Below, one piece after another: positions 7,854-14,199 of a stretch of 14,477 nt of DNA. Each line of letters starts with the position of its first letter. Position 1 is the stretch's first letter. The position numbers and the translations under genes are program-made. The stretch lies in the IMG/VR virus record IMGVR_UViG_3300031555_004162, positions 1 to 14,477 of that record; one strand, written 5' to 3'. The stretch is from a virus. Lineage: Duplodnaviria; Heunggongvirae; Uroviricota; Caudoviricetes. The notes under the pieces are model-generated. The model made no database searches. It saw only the letters and a program-made list of their open reading frames with translations, and was not told the origin of the DNA.

Positions 7854-8396
7854 TTATTTTACACAATCATAGAATCCTTGAATACGTTTAACCCTGTCAG
7901 GTTGCCTAAGTTTTCTCAATGCTTTTGTTTCAATTTGTCTAACACGATCTTTACTAACATTAAGTAGAGTAGCTATTTCTTTAAAAGACATCGGATTATT
8001 ATCTTCTAGACCAAAACGAAGTTTTAAAACTCTTTCTTCACGAGAAGTAAGTGTTTTTAATACATTGAGTATAATTTCCTTTGATAATCTATTAATAGTG
8101 CGATCTTCAAAATTTATATCTACTAAAATCCGGTCATAATTAGTGTATATATTTTCTTTGTTTCTATTCTTAAGAAGAGATTTTATGACCTTAGTTGTTT
8201 TTATATGTATATAAGTTGCTTTCATATAATTAATAACATTATTATACGCCTCATTATTTTTAATATAATCAATTAATTCAACATAAACATCTTGAATAAA
8301 ATCATAATCATTAAGATATTCTGGGCACATCTTGGATATCCTATCAGTGACAATGTATTTATATTTATTAAAGTGTTCAATGTAATTACTATTCAT
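7854..8396 (-). CDS. Sigma-70-family protein with RpoD/SigA-like region 4 and a divergent N-terminal half
   Basis: LKTLTSREERVLKLRFGLEDNNPMSFKEIATLLNVSKDRVRQIETKALRKLRQPDRVKRIQGF closely parallels SigA region 4 (LT.RE..VL.LRFGL.DG...[27 protein letters not shown].R). DFIQDVYVELI is only weakly like an ECF region 2. Confidence 0.85.
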   Translation of the reverse strand: MNSNYIEHFNKYKYIVTDRISKMCPEYLNDYDFIQDVYVELIDYIKNNEAYNNVINYMKATYIHIKTTKVIKSLLKNRNKENIYTNYDRILVDINFEDRTINRLSKEIILNVLKTLTSREERVLKLRFGLEDNNPMSFKEIATLLNVSKDRVRQIETKALRKLRQPDRVKRIQGFYDCVK

Positions 8397-8412
8397 AGTT
8401 CTCTTTCCTTAA

Positions 8413-8628
8413 TCAAATATTAAAACTTTTCCCATTTACAATTATAAAATTATATTCCATGTCTAAAGCTTTATAAATTACAATTGCATCTTGATACTTA
8501 ATAGTTACTTTCTTTACTACAGGATAATCTTTATCATATTCTACATCTTCAACTTGACCAATTTTTAAGTAATGAGAATCATTTTGATTTACACAAATTA
8601 ATACATCATATTTTTTAATTGTATTCAT
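8413..8628 (-). CDS. Hypothetical protein (71 aa), beta-rich
   Basis: RBS GAGGTG; in-operon spacing. Confidence 0.7.
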   Translation of the reverse strand: MNTIKKYDVLICVNQNDSHYLKIGQVEDVEYDKDYPVVKKVTIKYQDAIVIYKALDMEYNFIIVNGKSFNI

Positions 8629-8639
8629 GATTTACACCT

Positions 8640-8903
8640 CTACTTTATATATGATTTAATTTCATCATATATGTATTTATTCTTTATTATTCTTTTATAT
8701 CCCCAATCCCAAAGTCTTAATAATGTTTTACTATATGGTTCCATACAATCATAATCTATATGATAATTATAATGAATACGATTAGCTATTCTATATTTAC
8801 ATATTGCTTTACTAATTTTACATCTCATATTAAATGTATGAATATTTTTAAGTATCAAATATAAAATTACAAAATAAATACTAAAGAATATATAGTTACC
8901 CAT
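8640..8903 (-). CDS. Hypothetical membrane-anchored protein (87 aa)
   Basis: Start moved to ATG 8903 (MGNYIFFSIYFVILYLIL, hydrophobic N-terminus) with RBS AGGAGA; removes the overlap with 8905-9102. Confidence 0.75.
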   Translation of the reverse strand: MGNYIFFSIYFVILYLILKNIHTFNMRCKISKAICKYRIANRIHYNYHIDYDCMEPYSKTLLRLWDWGYKRIIKNKYIYDEIKSYIK

Positions 8904-8904
8904 T

Positions 8905-9102
8905 TTAATTCTCCTTTTTATATTTATCATAAAATCTTTTAGCTTCAGCAAATGCTTCTTCAGGACTGTTAGCCCAACCAGCTCCACTGTTACACCATTG
9001 AGAATTTGGATTAGTAGTGTTTATTGAAGCTATCATCCAAAAATAATTACCTTTTTCATCAGGTTTCATATGTACTTCAATTTTATATTCATATTTATTC
9101 AT
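8905..9102 (-). CDS. Hypothetical protein (65 aa), possibly HicB-N-like fold
   Basis: RBS GGAGG; YKIEVHMKPDEKGNYFW...GWANSPEEAFAEAKR loosely resembles the HicB N-terminal pattern. Confidence 0.7.
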   Translation of the reverse strand: MNKYEYKIEVHMKPDEKGNYFWMIASINTTNPNSQWCNSGAGWANSPEEAFAEAKRFYDKYKKEN

Positions 9103-9120
9103 AATTATTAACCTCCATGA

Positions 9121-9291
9121 TTAATCTAAACCTCTAACCTTTTTAATAAATCTTCTAGCTTCTGCAAAATTACCTTCGTTTTGTAACTTCCAATATTCAC
9201 GATACTCTTCATCACTTAATTCATCAGTATCAATATATGTTATAACTTCTCTATTATATTTATCTTTTTTCCGTTTAATTTCTATCATCAT
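9121..9291 (-). CDS. Hypothetical protein (~56 aa)
   Basis: Start likely ATG 9291 or 9288 (MMIEIKRKK) after GGAG at 9305-9302, avoiding overlap with the KH gene. Confidence 0.65.
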   Translation of the reverse strand: MMIEIKRKKDKYNREVITYIDTDELSDEEYREYWKLQNEGNFAEARRFIKKVRGLD

Positions 9292-9296
9292 GACAA

Positions 9297-9572
9297 TTAT
9301 ACTCCACAATTACTAGCTACATATATCATTTCTTTTATACTTAGCTTTGTTACTCCATATTTTTTAAGTTCAACATTAAGCTTTACAAAATTTATTCCTT
9401 GTCTGCCAATAAGTACTCCAGGTTTATTGCAATGTAAAACAACATTTCCATCATCTTTTATTTCAATATAAACAATTATTTTACTATCACTGTTCATATC
9501 ATTTAAGATTTTTTCAATTGCAAGTTTAATATCAAATCCATTAATTTTTATTTTCTTTCTTTTAAATAACAT
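9297..9572 (-). CDS. Stand-alone type II KH-domain protein resembling the ribosomal protein S3 KH domain
   Basis: IEIKDDGNVVLHCNKPGVLIGRQGINFVKLNVELKK parallels S3 I-E-I...I-H-T-A-K-P-G-x-V-I-G-K-x-G...L...L; GxxG loop G56-R-Q-G59 intact; S3 N-terminal motif and C-terminal domain absent. Confidence 0.7.
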   Translation of the reverse strand: MLFKRKKIKINGFDIKLAIEKILNDMNSDSKIIVYIEIKDDGNVVLHCNKPGVLIGRQGINFVKLNVELKKYGVTKLSIKEMIYVASNCGV

Positions 9573-9917
9573 TTAAATCTCTCCAATCTCTTCAATGTAA
9601 TTATCAATATCTACTAATACAGATGAAATAAAATTATTTAATATGATTTTCATTTCTTGATTTGCATAATTGTATGCTTCTTTATATGTTCTAAAACCGT
9701 ATTTAGAATAACATGAACATAAATCATCTGATGTACTAAATAATTTATTTCCATTTTTAGAATAAAAAGTTACTGAATAATTTTCATCCGGTACTAATTC
9801 AACAATTGTTACATCTACATTAAAAATATTATGAATATTAATTTCTGCTAGATAATTATCACATAAAGTAATATTTTCTTTCTTTTTAAACACCAAATCT
9901 TTAATGATATATTCCAT
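9573..9917 (-). CDS. Hypothetical protein (114 aa)
   Basis: RBS AGGAGG; stop abuts the next start (TAAATG). Confidence 0.8.
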   Translation of the reverse strand: MEYIIKDLVFKKKENITLCDNYLAEINIHNIFNVDVTIVELVPDENYSVTFYSKNGNKLFSTSDDLCSCYSKYGFRTYKEAYNYANQEMKIILNNFISSVLVDIDNYIEEIGEI

Positions 9918-9943
9918 AAATAAATTCCTCCTATATTATATAA

Positions 9944-10243
9944 TCACATTTGAATAATTAAGTTATCCCCAGGATAAATTACTTCACCGTGTCTACAATA
10001 ACCATTTATTCTAACTAACAATTGTCTTGAAATAATAAGAAAATCTTTATTACTTAATGTTTTTATATTTTCTTCTTCAGAAATAAAAGGGTCTTGCCAT
10101 CTATCTTTCAAAATATAATCTACATTGTCTTTTCTAATAACTAAACATGAGCATAAATGAATAATGTTTAATGTTAAATTAAGTTCTTTTATAACTGCTA
10201 CTCTTTCTTTATCAGATATATAAACAGCATTATTTAATTTCAT
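9944..10243 (-). CDS. Hypothetical protein (99 aa)
   Basis: RBS AGGAGGT; operon spacing. Confidence 0.8.
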   Translation of the reverse strand: MKLNNAVYISDKERVAVIKELNLTLNIIHLCSCLVIRKDNVDYILKDRWQDPFISEEENIKTLSNKDFLIISRQLLVRINGYCRHGEVIYPGDNLIIQM

Positions 10244-10262
10244 TTAGATTACCTCCTATAAA

Positions 10263-10532
10263 TTATCCTCTACCAGTTGTAGTATCAAGCATTCTCATAT
10301 GAGGTTCATTTTCTTTAAATACTCCACCGGCATCTTTATAATTAAATTCAGCTCTAAGTCTTTCGGTTGTAGGTTCTCCAACAAATGTTACCTCTTTATG
10401 ATATGGATAGCCCGCAACTCTTTCAACTAATACTACAAAATATAATTCTCTATCTTCCATTAAAGTGATTGATGAGAAGATATAACAATCATTACCTTCT
10501 CTATTTAAGTCTGTTGTTGAAATAATTCTCAT
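10263..10532 (-). CDS. Hypothetical protein (89 aa)
   Basis: ATGA overlap with the upstream gene. Confidence 0.8.
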   Translation of the reverse strand: MRIISTTDLNREGNDCYIFSSITLMEDRELYFVVLVERVAGYPYHKEVTFVGEPTTERLRAEFNYKDAGGVFKENEPHMRMLDTTTGRG

Positions 10533-10846
10533 TTGTTATACCTCTCTTCTATAGGATATTTCCAGCAGTTGGTTGCATGATCTATACTAATATCTCCTTC
10601 ATAACCATAAGCTTTAGCTTTAAAGAATATAGGAGAATGATCGAATGTTTCTTCAATATTCTTTTCATCTAACTCCAATTCAATCACTGCAATATCTTCT
10701 GTCATATATCTTAATGCTACAAATCTAAAAGCTTCTTCTTGAGTTTTAGCAAGATATACAATTCCTTCCATAGACTTTTTAATTTTACCATCTTCAATAA
10801 TCTTAAGTAAATTAGTATAAGATGTTCCATGATAATATTTAGCCAT
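10529..10846 (-). CDS. Small ADP-ribosyltransferase-fold protein (H-Y class, PARP/Tpt1-like)
   Basis: YYH6GTS...LKIIEDGKI...GIVY31LA...EEAFRF...VIELE...YGYEGDI matches the HGT, I..G(L/I), aromatic-L and final Y-x-x-x-x-I strand pattern of this fold. First gene after promoter P2. Confidence 0.65.
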   Translation of the reverse strand: MAKYYHGTSYTNLLKIIEDGKIKKSMEGIVYLAKTQEEAFRFVALRYMTEDIAVIELELDEKNIEETFDHSPIFFKAKAYGYEGDISIDHATNCWKYPIEERYNK

Positions 10847-10870
10847 CGATTAGAATCTCCTTTGTTTAAT

Positions 10871-10907
10871 CTAATATAATTATAACATATTTTATTACAA
10901 ATGTAAA
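10871..10907 (-). promoter_or_regulatory. Sigma70/sigmaA-type promoter P2
   Basis: TTTACA (10907-10902), 17-nt spacer ending AAAATATGT, TATAAT (10884-10879), then TATATTAG as in P1. Confidence 0.85.
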
Positions 10908-10969
10908 TAATATTTTTATAATTATATGAAAAATACAAAATGTTTGTACATACTATATAACTAATCCTG

Positions 10970-12928
10970 TTATTTTTGTTCAAGTTGTATTTTTAATTCA
11001 TCTAATAAGTTTCTATATTTAATAGCTTCTTCAAAATCTAAATTTTCTGCAGCATATTTCATATTCTTTTTATAAGTTTTTATTAATGCTTTTATTTCAC
11101 TTAAAGATAAATTTTTATTTAAAGTACTATCATTTAATTGGCTACCTATAATATTTTTAATCAACTTCATTTCAGTATTTTTAGGCACAATATTATGTTC
11201 TTTATTATATTGCATTTGAATTTCTCTATGTCGATTAGTAGTATCAATTGCTTCTTGCATGCTTTTAGTTATATTATCTGCATATAGAATTGCTCTACCA
11301 TTTATATTTCTCGCGGCTCTTCCTATAGTTTGCAATAAAGATGTTTTATTTCTTAAAAATCCTTCTTTATCTGCATCTAAAATTATAACTAATTCGCAAT
11401 CAGATATAGACAAACCTTCTCTTAATAAATTGCATCCTATAAGAACATCAAACTCTCCTTGTTGTAATCTATTTATAGTATCTACTCTATTTATAGTGGG
11501 AATATTTGAATGTAAATAACAAGTTTTAATTTTTAATTCTTTTAAATAATCACTTAATGTTTCAGCCATTCTTTTTGTTAAAACAGTTATTAATGTTTTT
11601 CCGCCCCTTTTAACAACTTTATTTATTTCAGTGTATATATCATCTATTTGTCCTTTAATAGGTCTAACTTCTATTTTTGGATCAAGAATACCTGTAGGTC
11701 TTATTAATTGTTCTGATACAATTGTTGATTTATTTAATTCATATTCTGCAGGAGTAGCACTTACATATAATGTATAATTTTGTGCATTTTCAAATTCTTT
11801 AAATGTTAACGGCCTATTATCCATACAACTTGGAAGTCTAAATCCATAATTAATTAAGTTATGTTTTATACTTGAATTTTGATTTCCAATAGATTTTATT
11901 TGAGGTATAGTTGCATGACTTTCATCTATAATCATTAAATAATCTTTTGGAAAAAAATCTAACAGAGAATAAGGAGCAGAACCAGCAGGTCTATTTGTAA
12001 GATATCGTTGATAAACTTCCATATTTTTACAATAACCTATTTCTCTAATCATTTCTATATCATATTTTGTTCTATCTTTTATTCTTTGTGCATATATTAA
12101 TTCACCAGAGTTAATAAAATGGTTATAAGAGACTTCTAATTCTTTTTCTATAGAATTACATATATTATCTATAAATTTATCTTCTGCAATATAAGAGGAT
12201 ATATTAAACACAATCAATTCATTTACTTCTTCTATAATTTCATGATTATTAATGTTAAGCTTATTTATTTTCTCTATTTCATCACCAAACATTTGGATTC
12301 TATAAAATACATTATCATCTATTCCCAGCATTACATCTATAGTATCACCACTCACTTTAAATTTTCCTGATTTTAAAATATCAAATGTTCGTTCATATCT
12401 TCTAGTTATCAATGCTTTAAGTATTTCATCTCTATCTATTATTTGATTTTTCTTAATAATAAATCTAGTTTCATAAAATAAATTTGGATCACCTAATCCA
12501 AACAATGCACTTACACTTGCAACCACTATTACATCTTTTCTTGTCAATAATGATTGAGCACAATGTTGTCTCATTCTTTCTATATCTTCATTTATGACAG
12601 TTTCTTTAGCAATGTATTTATCTTCAGAAGGTACATAACATTCAGGTTGAAAGTGTTTATAATGACTAACAAAATACTCTACTGCATTATTAGGAAATAA
12701 ATCTTTAAATTCAGAATACAATTGAGCCGCTAATGTTTTATTATGTGAAATAATAACCGTCGGTTTATTTACATTTTTTATAATATTTGCCATGCAAAAT
12801 GTTTTTCCAGAACCAGTCACACCTAACAATGTATTTTGTTTGTTACCTTTTTGCATTGATCTAGTTAATTCATTAATTACTTTTGGTTGATCACCTGTAA
12901 GTTTATAATTTGTATTTAACTCAAACAA
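10970..12928 (-). CDS. uvrB: Excinuclease ABC subunit B homologue (652 aa)
   Basis: GDQP, Walker A GVTGSGKT, HNKTLAAQLY, DESH, GFRLPS..DNRPL, VSATP, RPTG.LDP, NLLREGL, ILDADKEGFLR, QTIGRAARN and C-terminal UVR coil (AAENLDFEEAIKYRN). TTG start with RBS GGAGGT. Confidence 0.97.
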   Translation of the reverse strand: MFELNTNYKLTGDQPKVINELTRSMQKGNKQNTLLGVTGSGKTFCMANIIKNVNKPTVIISHNKTLAAQLYSEFKDLFPNNAVEYFVSHYKHFQPECYVPSEDKYIAKETVINEDIERMRQHCAQSLLTRKDVIVVASVSALFGLGDPNLFYETRFIIKKNQIIDRDEILKALITRRYERTFDILKSGKFKVSGDTIDVMLGIDDNVFYRIQMFGDEIEKINKLNINNHEIIEEVNELIVFNISSYIAEDKFIDNICNSIEKELEVSYNHFINSGELIYAQRIKDRTKYDIEMIREIGYCKNMEVYQRYLTNRPAGSAPYSLLDFFPKDYLMIIDESHATIPQIKSIGNQNSSIKHNLINYGFRLPSCMDNRPLTFKEFENAQNYTLYVSATPAEYELNKSTIVSEQLIRPTGILDPKIEVRPIKGQIDDIYTEINKVVKRGGKTLITVLTKRMAETLSDYLKELKIKTCYLHSNIPTINRVDTINRLQQGEFDVLIGCNLLREGLSISDCELVIILDADKEGFLRNKTSLLQTIGRAARNINGRAILYADNITKSMQEAIDTTNRHREIQMQYNKEHNIVPKNTEMKLIKNIIGSQLNDSTLNKNLSLSEIKALIKTYKKNMKYAAENLDFEEAIKYRNLLDELKIQLEQK

Positions 12929-12956
12929 AATAATTAACCTCCACTTTATAACTTTT

Positions 12957-12989
12957 TATAATTATAACATATTTTCATATAAATGTAAA
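12957..12989 (-). promoter_or_regulatory. Sigma70/sigmaA-type promoter P3 (uvrB)
   Basis: TTTACA (12989-12984), 17-nt spacer ending AAAATATGT, TATAAT (12966-12961), TATA. Confidence 0.85.
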
Positions 12990-13024
12990 TAGTTTTACAA
13001 TAAAAACTTTACATTTGTTAATTA

Positions 13025-13054
13025 TTTACAAAAATTTTAAAATATAAATATAAT
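13025..13054 (+). promoter_or_regulatory. Candidate promoter for the plus-strand gene
   Basis: TTTACA (13025-13030), 18-nt spacer, TATAAT (13049-13054); also contains TATAAATA (13043-13050). Early versus late type is ambiguous. Confidence 0.5.
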
Positions 13055-13076
13055 AATTTAAAGAGGTGAAAATGAA

Positions 13077-13436
13077 ATGATTAGAATATTAGAAGATTTA
13101 CAAATAATAAAAGAAACTAATGCAACTGTTGATAAAGCTATTGAAAAAACATACGATTCTATAGATAAAGAATTAAACAGTTTAAAAGGTGATAAAGCAA
13201 TAATTCATGGCGAAGATAATCAAAATAATATCGCAAATACATATTTATTAAGAATTGAAAAAATAACTAAAAATAAAAAATATGTACATGAATATTTATT
13301 AGATACAACAATTTCCGAAGGATTAGAACAATGGTTGAATAAAATTAATAATGCAGGTTATATAAGTGCATTATTTAAAATTATAGATAAAATGAATGAA
13401 TTAGGTATTATTAAAAACATTCATAATGAAAAATAA
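13077..13436 (+). CDS. Variant-leader protein (119 aa); only plus-strand gene
   Basis: RBS GAGGTGA; starts MIRILEDLQIIKE|T; own promoter-like region and terminator. Confidence 0.8.
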   Translation: MIRILEDLQIIKETNATVDKAIEKTYDSIDKELNSLKGDKAIIHGEDNQNNIANTYLLRIEKITKNKKYVHEYLLDTTISEGLEQWLNKINNAGYISALFKIIDKMNELGIIKNIHNEK

Positions 13437-13442
13437 ACATAT

Positions 13443-13478
13443 AAAAAGCTCCTACTAATTAATTAGTAGGAGCTTTTT
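13443..13478. terminator. Bidirectional terminator, 36-bp perfect palindrome
   Basis: aaaaagctcctactaatt|aattagtaggagcttttt between convergent stops at 13436 and 13490. Confidence 0.9.
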
Positions 13479-13489
13479 TAATCATTAAT

Positions 13490-13792
13490 TTAAATATTAT
13501 ACAAATCGATGCTTACATTATTTACGATTCTAATGTCATTATAAAACTCACCATTTTCAGTATTTTCTATATCTCTATAATCAATTTCTTCAATAAAATC
13601 AGAATAATCGAAATATTCTAATGTTTCTCCATCTTTTGTTTCATCTAATTGTTTAGCACATGCAATTGCTTCATCTACATTGTCAAATATAATTATTCCA
13701 TGAATCGCTGTATGCATATTTCTAAAGTTAATACCATATTTTTGATTATTTTCTGATTCTTTAAGTGTTTGTAAATTTTCAAATAAATTCAT
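13490..13792 (-). CDS. Leader-bearing acidic protein (100 aa), candidate virion internal protein
   Basis: Starts MNLFENLQTLKE|S; RBS GAGGTGA. Confidence 0.8.
   Translation of the reverse strand: MNLFENLQTLKESENNQKYGINFRNMHTAIHGIIIFDNVDEAIACAKQLDETKDGETLEYFDYSDFIEEIDYRDIENTENGEFYNDIRIVNNVSIDLYNI
13757..13792 (-). repeat. N-terminal leader copy MNLFENLQTLKE
   Basis: ATG AAT TTA TTT GAA AAT TTA CAA ACA CTT AAA GAA. Confidence 0.9.
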
Positions 13793-13843
13793 TTTATTTC
13801 ACCTCTTTACTCGACTATATATCACGTAATATACACCATAATC

Positions 13844-14176
13844 TTAAACGGTCTTTCTCATTGTAGTCCCCCAACCTCTTCCATTATAGAATCTATGAGG
13901 GCTGTTGTTATGTATATTTGCATGAATGAATTTAGATACAATTTCCATCTTATCTTCTGCAACTTTTGATTTCTTAACTTTGTTAACAATAGCTTCATAT
14001 GGATTATTAACATAACCACAAGAGCTACAATCTCTCATCAAGTCTTGAAGTATTGAAGAATCTTCATCAATTAGTTCGGCAAATTCTTTAACTGTATAGT
14101 TTGTAAGGTCTAACTTTTTGTCTTCTATTTCATTAGCTTCTCTCATCATTTGTAAATTTTCAAATAAATTCATCAT
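13844..14176 (-). CDS. Leader-bearing protein (109-110 aa), candidate virion internal protein
   Basis: (M)MNLFENLQMMRE|A; tandem ATGs at 14176 and 14173; RBS GAGGT. Confidence 0.8.
   Translation of the reverse strand: MMNLFENLQMMREANEIEDKKLDLTNYTVKEFAELIDEDSSILQDLMRDCSSCGYVNNPYEAIVNKVKKSKVAEDKMEIVSKFIHANIHNNSPHRFYNGRGWGTTMRKTV
14138..14173 (-). repeat. N-terminal leader copy MNLFENLQMMRE
   Basis: ATG AAT TTA TTT GAA AAT TTA CAA ATG ATG AGA GAA. Confidence 0.9.
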
Positions 14177-14199
14177 AATTTTTTACCTCATTTCTTTAT

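Noticed and set aside
8625-8642. Possible TAG stop-codon reassignment: the only TAG stop, whose read-through would end in an ATGA overlap with the next gene
   Set aside because: No in-frame TAG interrupts the long genes (baseplate, 841-aa protein, uvrB; over 2000 codons), and rare TAG use is expected in AT-rich DNA. The standard code explains the window.
9950-9980. IYPGDNLII as a LysM domain end
   Set aside because: The rest of a LysM motif is absent upstream.
10717-10983. Minus-strand 88-aa ORF
   Set aside because: Runs through promoter P2 and overlaps the ART-like gene out of frame; low-complexity translation of AT-rich intergenic DNA.
11259-11519. Plus-strand 86-aa ORF
   Set aside because: Entirely antisense to uvrB.
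10970-12928. Reading the window as bacterial chromosome because of uvrB
   Set aside because: Neighbours are a baseplate gene and densely packed small orphan ORFs, no other housekeeping genes are present, and uvrB uses the same repeated promoter as the other modules.
14020-14105. YTVKEFAELI in the 110-aa leader protein as a helix-turn-helix
   Set aside because: Only the first helix resembles MerR/excisionase or IF2-N-type motifs; too short to call without a profile search.
3229-14173. Leader repeats as a CRISPR array, DGR repeats or mobile-element ends
   Set aside because: They are dispersed, always in frame at start codons and vary at synonymous positions. No regular spacers, cas, reverse transcriptase or transposase genes are present.
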